Origin: a candidate division TM6 bacterium GW2011_GWF2_32_72
GTDB lineage: Bacteria; Babelota; Babeliae; Babelales; CAIQNR01
Assembly: GCA_945882015.1 (NCBI GenBank)
Contig: CAMCVM010000003.1
Location: 33,342-97,341 of the forward strand
Direction of reading: 5' to 3'
Length of the DNA: 64,000 bases
Within the stretch, counting starts at the first letter, position 1. Each line of letters starts with the position of its first letter. This document shows, piece by piece, positions 26,737-35,199 of the stretch. The notes beneath the pieces are model-generated. The model saw only the letters and a list, made by a program, of their open reading frames with translations, was not told the origin of the DNA and searched no databases. The position numbers were made by a program, and so were the translations under genes.

Positions 26737-26916
26737 ATTAATTCCCTCTTTTTACTTTTAAGGGTAAAGAATCTTATTTTCTAATGTCTATAAAAAGTCT
26801 AAAATAAGCTTGAAATCATTATTTTAGATAGATTGCTTGTTTTTACGTGAAAAAAATTGTTACAATTAGAATATATTTTAAATGGATAAGTTATTTTAAA
26901 ATGGAGAAAAGTTATT

Positions 26917-27594
26917 ATGAAAAAAATAATGATTCATGGTTTGTTTTTAGTTTCAATAGTTTTTGCACATCTGAATGGTTCGGTACTAAGCAGTTATACT
27001 AAGCTTCTAGATAGCGCAGAAAATCTGCAAGAAATTTTAGACCTTAAACTTATGTTGGATAATTCAGCGCATTTAACACAAAAAGAAGAAAAACAGTTTA
27101 TAAGTAGAGCAGTTGTAAAAATAAGCGAGTTGTTTCCTTCTCGTAAAGGGGAAATTTATGGACTGTCAGCGGAACCAAATTTAAGAGATCGATTTTTAGA
27201 TGATTTAAAAAGGCTTTCACAAAAAGCATTAGAATTACATTTACCTTTTATTGTCGACATTTTGGTTTATAGATATCCAAAAATGTTTAACAATGATCGT
27301 CAGAAAGCAATTAAATTCCTAAAAATGCTTTATAAAAAACCGTTTACTATAAACGATTATACAGAAAAATATTTATTTACTACTGTTGCGCAAGAGGCTC
27401 AGGATACAGACCAAGCAGATTCACTAGACTCAGGATCATCAGGGACAGTTTCTCCTTCTGGATCTATTATGCTTCATCAAGTTCCAATGCATCTAAAAAG
27501 GCCTGAACTTGGTCATAAAAAGTCTACGAAAATCACAGTTAAGCCTGCTCAAGTTGCGCCTGAAGAAGATGATATTGAAGAGGTTGCCCTTTAA
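26917..27594 (+). CDS. hypothetical secreted protein
   Basis: 225 aa with a signal-like N-terminus and an acidic/Ser-rich C-terminal tail. No family was recognised. Confidence 0.6.
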   Translation: MKKIMIHGLFLVSIVFAHLNGSVLSSYTKLLDSAENLQEILDLKLMLDNSAHLTQKEEKQFISRAVVKISELFPSRKGEIYGLSAEPNLRDRFLDDLKRLSQKALELHLPFIVDILVYRYPKMFNNDRQKAIKFLKMLYKKPFTINDYTEKYLFTTVAQEAQDTDQADSLDSGSSGTVSPSGSIMLHQVPMHLKRPELGHKKSTKITVKPAQVAPEEDDIEEVAL

Positions 27595-27625
27595 AAAGTA
27601 AAACTATTTACACTAAGAGGTTATA

Positions 27626-28945
27626 ATGAAGAAATTTTTAATTGGAATAATACTATGGTGTTCTGTTGCTATTCAGGCAGCTGAACAAGGACCAGAAAAA
27701 GATGAAAAGAAAAAAGAGAGACGTCAAAGAGCACAAAGCGCAGGACCTTTACCAGTGCCCGTACCTGTTTCTCCAAGCGGGGGTTTAAGTCCAGCGGCAG
27801 CATCTCCAGGTTCAGTTCAGCCAAATATCGGTGCAAGTGCAAGTCCAACATCGCCAGTTTTATTAGGAGTTGTGCAACAAGCAATAGAACTAGAAGGAAA
27901 CGAAATTGAAAGACTAAGAGAACGAAATAAACCTTTTAGACTTTTCAATAGAAAAAAATCTCCTGTTGTTTCCCCTGGAAGGCCAGCATCAGTCGGAGCT
28001 ATTCCTCAAAGATCAGCATCAGTCGGAGCTATTCCTCAAAGATCAGCATCAGCAGGCACTGAAAATTCTTATTCAGAAAGTGATGTTGTTCAAGAATTTT
28101 TAAAGTTGTTTGAATTTAAGAAAGCTCTTTTTAGAAAAGAAGTTATTGAACGTTCCCCAACTGATCAAGAATTAGATCATTTGGCTGAAAAATTGTCTGT
28201 TGATCTCTATCAACGCTATTTGAAGAGTCTTGAGAGTAACCCTTTGGATCCTAAACGCTTTATTGAAAATCTTAATAGGAAATTATTTGCAAGTGATGCA
28301 TTTAAAGATGCGAAGAAAGAAAAACAAGACATATTAGCGAAAACATTCAGAAAACTAACAGATAAGGTTGAACAAAAGCTTCAAAAATTTCGTGTAATGA
28401 GTCCACATCAGTTGCAATTGGCAAAAAATCGTGAAAGAGCACTTTCGGAATCGCCGCCAGGAGGTGGACAATTTTCTCCGCCACCAATGATGTCGTCTTT
28501 ACCAGCATTTATTATCGATGATGGTGATAGTGATGATGATAGTGATGATGATAGTGATAGCGCGTTCGCCCCTATTGAAAAAGAATCGGACCAGCATACT
28601 CATGGATCTCCAGCAGATTTTTTTCGACCAGGGCGATCAGTAACTCCAAGACCAGATACTACTATATTAACTGGAAGAGGATATAAAGAACATGAATCAT
28701 CCTCAGGTCTAGCTGCAAGAAGACTTGTTGTTCTTCCGGTTTTTCCAGAAGAAGAACCATATGATTCATTTGAATGGGAACCAGATTATCAAGTTGCAGG
28801 GAATGATGTTTTACCTGCAGATAATGATGGTTTACCAGCAGATAATGATGATGATGATCAAGGGGAAGAAGATGAGCCAAATTTAGCGGACTTTATGGCA
28901 CAAGAACAAAATCCAAAAGTTCGTGACAAAGAAACTGAAATTTAA
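27626..28945 (+). CDS. secreted low-complexity protein rich in Pro/Ser and acidic residues
   Basis: 439 aa with signal MKKFLIGIILWCSVAIQA. It has Pro/Ser tracts, a tandem ASVGAIPQRS repeat, a DDSDDDSDDDSD run, NDVLPADNDGLPADNDDDD and a helical middle part. Confidence 0.65.
   Translation: MKKFLIGIILWCSVAIQAAEQGPEKDEKKKERRQRAQSAGPLPVPVPVSPSGGLSPAAASPGSVQPNIGASASPTSPVLLGVVQQAIELEGNEIERLRERNKPFRLFNRKKSPVVSPGRPASVGAIPQRSASVGAIPQRSASAGTENSYSESDVVQEFLKLFEFKKALFRKEVIERSPTDQELDHLAEKLSVDLYQRYLKSLESNPLDPKRFIENLNRKLFASDAFKDAKKEKQDILAKTFRKLTDKVEQKLQKFRVMSPHQLQLAKNRERALSESPPGGGQFSPPPMMSSLPAFIIDDGDSDDDSDDDSDSAFAPIEKESDQHTHGSPADFFRPGRSVTPRPDTTILTGRGYKEHESSSGLAARRLVVLPVFPEEEPYDSFEWEPDYQVAGNDVLPADNDGLPADNDDDDQGEEDEPNLADFMAQEQNPKVRDKETEI
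27986..28053 (+). repeat. perfect 30-bp in-frame tandem repeat (2.3 units)
   Basis: gcatcagtcggagctattcctcaaagatca occurs at 27986-28015 and 28016-28045, followed by the partial unit gcatcagc. Confidence 0.9.
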
Positions 28946-29006
28946 GAAACTTTTTAGTCGGCTGAGTCAACAAGACAAGGCCGATTTTTTTTAGAGTTTA
29001 TTAAAT

Positions 29007-29501
29007 TTATAATTGATGAGCTAATTGAATTCTTCCAGATTTGCGTGCTAATTTTTCAAGCTCAGCAAATGAAAATCCTGCAGCAAGTCCATATTGTATA
29101 AACTCTTGATCGTTTAAAGCGTAGGGTAAATACTCTGCCCCGACAGTAAACGCTTTAACTAAATTGTTATTGTGGTCAATACGTTTATTGTAGAGTTTTC
29201 TAAAATAAAATCGTGCTACATAAATATGACCCGAACGAATTGCAGAAAGTAAACCGTAAAGAATTCCACAACCGGTAATTGAAACAAAAAATGCGGTAAC
29301 TTTTTCTTGAGCCAAAGTAGTTGCGCCAAGTACTACAGGAACGGTTAGCAAAACAGTATAAAAAACCCCATTTTTTAAGCTTTTACGAAAACCAGTATGA
29401 GCGGTTAAATTTTCAACAGCAGCGTCTCTTGTATTATAGGCCGCAAAAGTATATTCAGTTGTCATGGCCAAAAGAGCAAAAGATAGAATAAATTTTTTCA
29501 T
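29007..29501 (-). CDS. hypothetical membrane protein
   Basis: ORF 29007-29570. The likely start is the internal ATG 29501 (MKKFILSFALLAMTTEYTFA). There are two further hydrophobic helices. No family was recognised. Confidence 0.55.
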   Translation of the reverse strand: MKKFILSFALLAMTTEYTFAAYNTRDAAVENLTAHTGFRKSLKNGVFYTVLLTVPVVLGATTLAQEKVTAFFVSITGCGILYGLLSAIRSGHIYVARFYFRKLYNKRIDHNNNLVKAFTVGAEYLPYALNDQEFIQYGLAAGFSFAELEKLARKSGRIQLAHQL

Positions 29502-29642
29502 GATAAGGTTTTCTATTAAGGATGTCATAATTTTGATATTAAATTTAGGGTGTAAATACTTAAAAGTCAAAAATCAAGCGACAGAAGGCGTTTTTGCTGC
29601 TATACTTGCTTTACACAATTAATCATAAATAAGGTAAAAAAA

Positions 29643-30704
29643 GTGAATATCGCAGTATTACTTTCTGGCGGGGTTGACAGTTCTGTAGCGTTGCGTCTTT
29701 TGCAAGCTCAGGGGCACACTGTTACTGCTTTTTACCTTAAAATCTGGCTAGAAGATGAGCTTTCTTTTTTAGGAGATTGTCCCTGGCAGGAAGATCTGTC
29801 ATATGTTCAGGCTGTCTGCGAGCAAGCTGGGGTTGAGCTTAAAATTGTGTCTTTTCAAAAAGAATATCATGAAACAGTTATTGCCTATGCTATTGAAGAA
29901 ATTAAAAAAGGGCTAACTCCTAATCCCGACATAATGTGTAACAGCATGATCAAATTCGGGGCGTTTTATGATACGTTTGCTCAGCAGTATGACAAGATTG
30001 CAACAGGTCATTATGCAGGACTTACTGAAATTGATGGAACTTTTTATCTTAAACAAACTCCTGATGCTATTAAAGACCAAACCTACTTTTTAGCGCGATT
30101 AAGCCAAGCGCAATTGAGTAAAGCATTGTTTCCATTAGGTGATTTAACTAAGCAAGAGGTTCGTCAATTGGCGCAAACATTTAATTTGCCTAATAAAGAC
30201 CGGAAAGATAGCCAGGGGTTATGCTTTTTAGGAAAAATTAAATTTAGTGATTTTATTAAAGAGCATATTGGGACCAGGCAGGGACCTTTGGTTGAATTTG
30301 AAACAGGAAAAGTTCTTGCATATCATGAAGGTTTTTGGTTTTATACCATTGGTCAGCGAAAGGGGATAAAGCTTTCTCACGGACCTTGGTATGTTGTTGC
30401 AAAAGATCCGTTTACCAATACTGTTTTTATTTCAAAAGAATATCATGATGAAACTAAGCAAAGGGACACCTTTACGGTTACAGCGCTCAATTGGTTTTCG
30501 GGTAATATGCCTGATAAAAAAGAGCTGTTAGTCAAAATGCGTCATGGTCCACAGCTGTATCAAGCATCTCTTACACAAGAAAACCAGCAATTGGTGGTCA
30601 GATTAGCGCAGCGAGATCAGGGTATTGCAACAGGGCAATTTGCGGTTTTTTATGATGGGCAATTATGCCTTGGTTGCGGTGTTATTGAGCATGTGCTATC
30701 TTAA
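29643..30704 (+). CDS. mnmA: tRNA-specific 2-thiouridylase MnmA
   Basis: 353 aa with a GTG start after AAGGTA. PP-loop is VLLSGGVDSSVA. Other matches are NPDIMCNSMIKF and DSQGLCFLG. Confidence 0.92.
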   Translation: MNIAVLLSGGVDSSVALRLLQAQGHTVTAFYLKIWLEDELSFLGDCPWQEDLSYVQAVCEQAGVELKIVSFQKEYHETVIAYAIEEIKKGLTPNPDIMCNSMIKFGAFYDTFAQQYDKIATGHYAGLTEIDGTFYLKQTPDAIKDQTYFLARLSQAQLSKALFPLGDLTKQEVRQLAQTFNLPNKDRKDSQGLCFLGKIKFSDFIKEHIGTRQGPLVEFETGKVLAYHEGFWFYTIGQRKGIKLSHGPWYVVAKDPFTNTVFISKEYHDETKQRDTFTVTALNWFSGNMPDKKELLVKMRHGPQLYQASLTQENQQLVVRLAQRDQGIATGQFAVFYDGQLCLGCGVIEHVLS

Positions 30705-30745
30705 TTGATATTCAAGGTACTCTATTTTCTGAAAGTATTGTTTAC

Positions 30746-31357
30746 ATGCGTCGGTTTTCATTTGCTTTGTTTTCAAAGCTCCCTGCAGATCAATTTCGTC
30801 TTACTTTTTCTACCATGCTTACAATGGCTCGTATAGCATTAGTTCCTTGGATTGTTATTGCTATGGTTAAAGGGTATTGGCAAGCGGCATTTGTATTTTT
30901 TTTGATTGCAGCAATTACCGATTCACTTGATGGATTGCTTGCTCGAATGCTCAAGCAGAAAACATTTTTGGGAGCATGTCTTGATCCATTGGCAGATAAA
31001 ATTTTATTAATTGCTTGTTTTTCGACACTTGCTTGTACCGATGTGCTACCTTTTAATGTTCCTTATTGGTTTGTTTTGTTAGTTTTATCGCGAGAATTAT
31101 TAGTCATAGTCGGATTTATTGGTTTATATTATACCAAGCAGGGAATGGATGTCCGGCCAACCCGATTAGGAAAAGCAACAGCGGCGTTACAAATGTTATT
31201 TATTGGTTGGTTATTGCTTTGTTATTTATATGGATGGGCCCCGGCAAAAACGTATTATGTTGCATTATATAGTATTACTACTTTAATTATTGTTTCTTTT
31301 GTGCAGTATGCGCGTATTGGATTAGATAGTTTTAAGAATGGAAAAGTATGCTTATAA
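30746..31357 (+). CDS. pgsA: CDP-alcohol phosphatidyltransferase (PgsA-like)
   Basis: 203 aa and polytopic. It carries the motif DSLDGLLARMLKQKTFLGACLDPLADK (D-x2-DG-x2-AR-x8-G-x3-D-x3-D). Confidence 0.85.
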   Translation: MRRFSFALFSKLPADQFRLTFSTMLTMARIALVPWIVIAMVKGYWQAAFVFFLIAAITDSLDGLLARMLKQKTFLGACLDPLADKILLIACFSTLACTDVLPFNVPYWFVLLVLSRELLVIVGFIGLYYTKQGMDVRPTRLGKATAALQMLFIGWLLLCYLYGWAPAKTYYVALYSITTLIIVSFVQYARIGLDSFKNGKVCL

Positions 31358-31737
31358 ATTTAAAAAAATTTAAGATTCTTTTGATAGTGCTGTTTGGTTT
31401 AAGTTCTTATGTAGTTGCTGATGAATCTGGGCTGCAAAAACGCACTACAGTGCATCGTAAAAAAGTATGCGATGTGCAGGCAGAAATAGGATCGGTTGCA
31501 GAAGAAATGTTGACGACTTTGACTGCTTTGATAAGTTCTTTATCAGACGAAATTACTGATATTATTAAAAAAATGAAAGCATTAGCTTCGGGCAATGATC
31601 CGTTTTTTTCAAAACGAAAAGCCAATCAACTAGACCAATACCGAAGAAAATTAGAAGCTCGAATGAAAAAGTTACAGGTAATGCTTGATGAAACGCATCA
31701 AGATTTAGCTGATTTAGATAAAAATTTTGACCTCTGA
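31348..31737 (+). CDS. hypothetical secreted coiled-coil protein
   Basis: 129 aa with a signal-like N-terminus and a heptad-like charged sequence. It overlaps the pgsA end by 10 nt. Confidence 0.55.
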   Translation: MLINLKKFKILLIVLFGLSSYVVADESGLQKRTTVHRKKVCDVQAEIGSVAEEMLTTLTALISSLSDEITDIIKKMKALASGNDPFFSKRKANQLDQYRRKLEARMKKLQVMLDETHQDLADLDKNFDL

Positions 31738-31748
31738 AAGGGTATGAC

Positions 31749-32363
31749 ATGGCAGGCGGATATAATAGAATTGTAATGGTAGGTAATTTAACACGTGACC
31801 CTGAACTAAAAACATTACCTTCAGGGCAAGGTGTATGTCGTTTGAATTTAGCATCTAACCGTCAATTTAAAAATCGTCAATCTGGCGATATGGTTCAAGA
31901 AGTATGTTACGTTGATATTGATGTTTGGGGGCCACAAGCGGACTCATGCAGCCAATATTTACAAAAAGGACGCCAAGTTTTAATTGAAGGTCGTTTAAAA
32001 TTAGATTCATGGCAAGATCAAGAAGGTAACAATCGTAGTAAGCATTCCATTGTTGCAGACCGTGTTGTCTTTTTATCTTCTGGAAATAACGTTGAAGTTG
32101 CTGATGGCGCTGAAGCTGGAGCTTCTTCATTTGGAGCAACAAAAGCAGACGATGCATTTGAGCCACGCAATGATGTTGAACGCGAATTAATGTCACAATT
32201 AAATAACATTAAAAAACGAACAACCACAGCAGCAAAACCGGCAGCTCAAACAAAAAAAGTTACCTTAGAGCAAGAACAGTTTTCGCAAGAAGAACCAACA
32301 GCACGTTCAGGTTCAGTAGCCTTTAAAGATGAGCCACCTTTTCAAGACGATCTTCCCTTTTAA
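31749..32363 (+). CDS. ssb: single-stranded DNA-binding protein
   Basis: 204 aa. OB-fold N-terminus is NRIVMVGNLTRDPELKTLPSG..RLNLASN. A long disordered linker ends in the canonical acidic tip DDLPF. Confidence 0.92.
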   Translation: MAGGYNRIVMVGNLTRDPELKTLPSGQGVCRLNLASNRQFKNRQSGDMVQEVCYVDIDVWGPQADSCSQYLQKGRQVLIEGRLKLDSWQDQEGNNRSKHSIVADRVVFLSSGNNVEVADGAEAGASSFGATKADDAFEPRNDVERELMSQLNNIKKRTTTAAKPAAQTKKVTLEQEQFSQEEPTARSGSVAFKDEPPFQDDLPF

Positions 32364-32387
32364 TTGATTTTTTAATCTATAAAAAAA

Positions 32388-32427
32388 GCCATTCTGTAGT
32401 TTTAGTAACATCAGAATGGCTTTTTTT
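32388..32427 (+). terminator. rho-independent terminator after ssb
   Basis: Hairpin GCCATTCTG-n15-CAGAATGGC followed by T7. Confidence 0.85.
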
Positions 32428-32505
32428 ATAGTAAAGTTGTTCTTTAACAATTAAACGAGTAAGAATAAGAGTAAAAATATCAAAGAAACCTAAAAAAGAT
32501 TGTGC

Positions 32506-33120
32506 TTATTGTTCATCAGATTCTTTTTCTTTTGGCTGTAGCTTTCCAAATAAATCCGACGATGATCGTTGTGCATGAGCCTCCCTCATTATTTTTTCCC
32601 ATAGCTGCAATTTCCCATTACGTGAACCTGCACATAAAAAATTACAATTTTCATCAAAAGCTAGGCTTGTTATCACAGGTAGTTGCCCTTCGTGATTATC
32701 ACAATCAAATTCTGTATTTATTTCTGTCCTTTCGATTGGGTTTCCCGTTTGATCCAATTTTTCTATCAAAATTGTTCCAGGGCTACAATAACAACTATTA
32801 GCTATAACCCTCAAACGGCCTACCATTAAAACAACGAACGGATTTCTAAGACGATTAACTGCCAATTGGTCATCACTTATCGGAACTACGCTGCTAGCAA
32901 GGGTCCCAACATGGTCTGATTGAACTCTAAAATTACGTTCAGCACCAGTTTGATTTGCAGCTATGTATACTTCACCTGGGTTAGCTTCACATACATCTAT
33001 TGTTAAGGAATCAATAGCACTATTAGCAAGTTGTATTGTTTTACCAAATTTTTTCCAATCACCAGTTTGTGTAAGCTGATACTGTAAGGAGAATAGACAC
33101 AATAATAAAAATTTTTTCAT
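32506..33120 (-). CDS. hypothetical secreted protein
   Basis: 204 aa with signal MKKFLLLCLFSLQYQLTQT. No family was recognised. Confidence 0.6.
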   Translation of the reverse strand: MKKFLLLCLFSLQYQLTQTGDWKKFGKTIQLANSAIDSLTIDVCEANPGEVYIAANQTGAERNFRVQSDHVGTLASSVVPISDDQLAVNRLRNPFVVLMVGRLRVIANSCYCSPGTILIEKLDQTGNPIERTEINTEFDCDNHEGQLPVITSLAFDENCNFLCAGSRNGKLQLWEKIMREAHAQRSSSDLFGKLQPKEKESDEQ

Positions 33121-33167
33121 GATAACTCCAGAATTGTAATGTTTATAAATAATAAGTAAAAAGCATT

Positions 33168-33914
33168 TTATGCTACAAAAATTTCTCCATTTTTTCTATA
33201 AGCTAATGCTGGTTTATGGCGACGAATATTAAATAAAAAGTGACCAATAATAGTAGAGCAGTTAAGTAAAGGCTTATTGCTTAAATGCATCTGACGCATA
33301 AGATGAAACCCAAAAACGCTCATTGCGTAAGGATTAAACCAATGTTCATGACGATATTGCGTATGAAGGCTAGTAAAATAACATCCTGCAACCATTGATA
33401 CAGAAAGGTCTATCCAGGGATTGTTTAATCCAGAGGCTTTTTTAAATCCTCTAACTAATAATTGTGGTAACATAACATAGAGCGCTTCTTCTTCAATTAC
33501 ATTAGCTAGAACGTCAAGGTAATTGATTTTAGGAGCTTGTTGCGGTTTATTATTTGGCTTCTCCCACCATCTCGGTTTGGGGGGTTCTTGCCTTGGAGCA
33601 ATTATACTGCGTAAATTTTGAGCACTGTTATCAAGCAATACAGCATCGAGGCATAATCGTGCCCCTGCCAATAATTGTTGACCTAAATCTGGTTGAGTAG
33701 GAAGCAATCCTAAATCTTGACCTACTGTTTTAGCTAAATAAGATAATCCAGCACGGGCAAGAGCAGGAACAGCTGATTGAGATTCTTGTGTAAATGCAAA
33801 TTTATTGTAAGTAGTTATAAAAATTAAAAAAAATAGATATTTCTTATAATCAGTGAGTATCAAGCTTTTTTCTTTCATGATAGGTTTTTGTATTAACAGA
33901 GTAATTGTATTCAC
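33168..33914 (-). CDS. hypothetical membrane-associated protein
   Basis: 248-aa ORF with a probable start at the internal Met 33878 (MKEKSLILTDYKKYLFFLIFI..). It has C-terminal hydrophobic segments. No family was recognised with confidence. Confidence 0.5.
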   Translation of the reverse strand: MNTITLLIQKPIMKEKSLILTDYKKYLFFLIFITTYNKFAFTQESQSAVPALARAGLSYLAKTVGQDLGLLPTQPDLGQQLLAGARLCLDAVLLDNSAQNLRSIIAPRQEPPKPRWWEKPNNKPQQAPKINYLDVLANVIEEEALYVMLPQLLVRGFKKASGLNNPWIDLSVSMVAGCYFTSLHTQYRHEHWFNPYAMSVFGFHLMRQMHLSNKPLLNCSTIIGHFLFNIRRHKPALAYRKNGEIFVA

Positions 33915-34075
33915 TAGTAGAAATTATATACTGATTATTGGAAAATTCAATAGATTGTGTTTAAGCAAGATTAAGCCTGTATTCTTAACTTTCTTTCTGT
34001 GTTTTTATTGACAAATAGAGTAGTTATTTGTCAAGATTATAAGTGATGAAAGGGTCTTATATGCAGGGGGTTATT

Positions 34076-34621
34076 ATGAATTATAACTACAGTTTTTTAG
34101 TTTTATTAAGCTTATTTTATTCTATTTCTGGGGATTATGCTCATGATAATAATAGCATAGTTATGGATTTTACCACTAATTTGTATCCAACAACGCCAAT
34201 GAAAAAAGTACAATCGCTGACCATGAAATTGTGGGGGCATGTTGATGCAGCATTTTACCATGAACAAATGCGTGAAACATTTATGGTTAATCAAGAGCAG
34301 TTTGCTCATCAAGTGATTATGTTGCAAAGCATGCTTGATTTTTTATTGTGCTCCCTTGAACAACAAGCCTATGAGTGCCCTGATTGTGTAACACATGCTT
34401 TGTATGATTTTGAGCATTTAGTGCAAGCATTTGCCCAAATGAAGCATCATTATCAAGCTTTGATAGATTATTATCAGCGTTATGATGCTCCATGCGTTGT
34501 GATTAACTATATGTTGCAGTTTATGTATGAAAAATTAAAAGAAGTTGTAGAGAATCAAAGGATTAATACTCCGCTTTATGCAATGCTTACTGTTAAACGT
34601 GAGAACTTTTTAGTAAGTTAA
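34076..34621 (+). CDS. hypothetical secreted protein
   Basis: I prefer ATG 34076, preceded by the AGGGGG RBS, over the upstream start at 34043. The N-terminus is MNYNYSFLVLLSLFYSISG. No family was recognised. Confidence 0.6.
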   Translation: MNYNYSFLVLLSLFYSISGDYAHDNNSIVMDFTTNLYPTTPMKKVQSLTMKLWGHVDAAFYHEQMRETFMVNQEQFAHQVIMLQSMLDFLLCSLEQQAYECPDCVTHALYDFEHLVQAFAQMKHHYQALIDYYQRYDAPCVVINYMLQFMYEKLKEVVENQRINTPLYAMLTVKRENFLVS

Positions 34622-34678
34622 ATTATTATATTTTTCATTCGCTCTTCTCATATTCAATCTTAATCAACTATTGCTGTA

Positions 34679-35056
34679 CGCCCTACGCGGGCGTTGCGGC
34701 AAAGCGGGGTTACTGCCAACCCCCTTTGCAATCCGGGCACCAGGGATAAATCCCTTGGAACCCTTTGCAAATTCTAATTCCCTCCGGTTCGCGCTCGCCT
34801 TTGCTACGCACGGCTGCACGTCTGAAGATAATTTGCGCTAAAGTACTTAACTTGATTAGAAAAGATGTCATCATGAGCGCAGCGTGGTGATCCAAGATTA
34901 TAGTTTATTAATGATAGCTCTTTATCAGCTTAGCTGAGCGGAAGTCCCGCAGGATCTGCAGTGAATCTAAGCGTGGGGTTTTAAGGGGTACCCCCTAATG
35001 TGTTGAGTCCAGAGGGGTGCACAAACATCCCTTTGGTGCAACGCCCGCAGAGGGCG
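34679..35056 (+). repeat. GC-rich hairpin-dense repeat element, copy A (MITE/REP-like or structured RNA)
   Basis: The ends are palindromic GC hairpins forming ~19-nt terminal inverted repeats (CGCCCTACGCGGGCGTTGC ... GCAACGCCCGCAGAGGGCG). Its reverse complement matches 46152-46504. GC content is far above the surrounding sequence. Confidence 0.85.
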
Positions 35057-35199
35057 CGCAGAGAGTAAATAATTAAGATTAAATATTAAGAGAAAAATAG
35101 AACTACAAAAATTAATACAAATATAATCTTGGACCTTCACACTGCCTTCAGGGTGACATCTAAGAAAGAACACTTTTAAAATAAGAAAATTTGTAAGCT

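Noticed and set aside
32388-32427. The ssb terminator and the gyrA terminator (55688-55757) share the stem sequence GCCATTCTG.
   Set aside because: The shared part is only about 9-10 nt, and the loops and contexts differ. It is most likely coincidence or generic terminator composition, not a repeat family.
33168-33914. Possible CPBP/CAAX intramembrane protease (HFLFN resembles the HxxxN motif).
   Set aside because: The EExxxR and FxxxH motifs are not convincingly present, so the protein is left as hypothetical.
34725-34745. AATCCGGGCACCA in copy A resembles the RNase P RNA P4 region (AAGUCCGGGCUCCA).
   Set aside because: The other universally conserved RNase P RNA blocks (GAGGAAAG, AGGGUGAAA, ACAGAACCCGGCUUA) are absent. 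The element also exists in two diverged copies, so I do not regard it as rnpB.
34710-35173. ORFs of 61 and 68 aa on the minus strand inside repeat copy A.
   Set aside because: They are not conserved as ORFs in copy B because indels and substitutions break the frames. They have no RBS, and the GC-rich hairpin sequence explains the open frames by chance.
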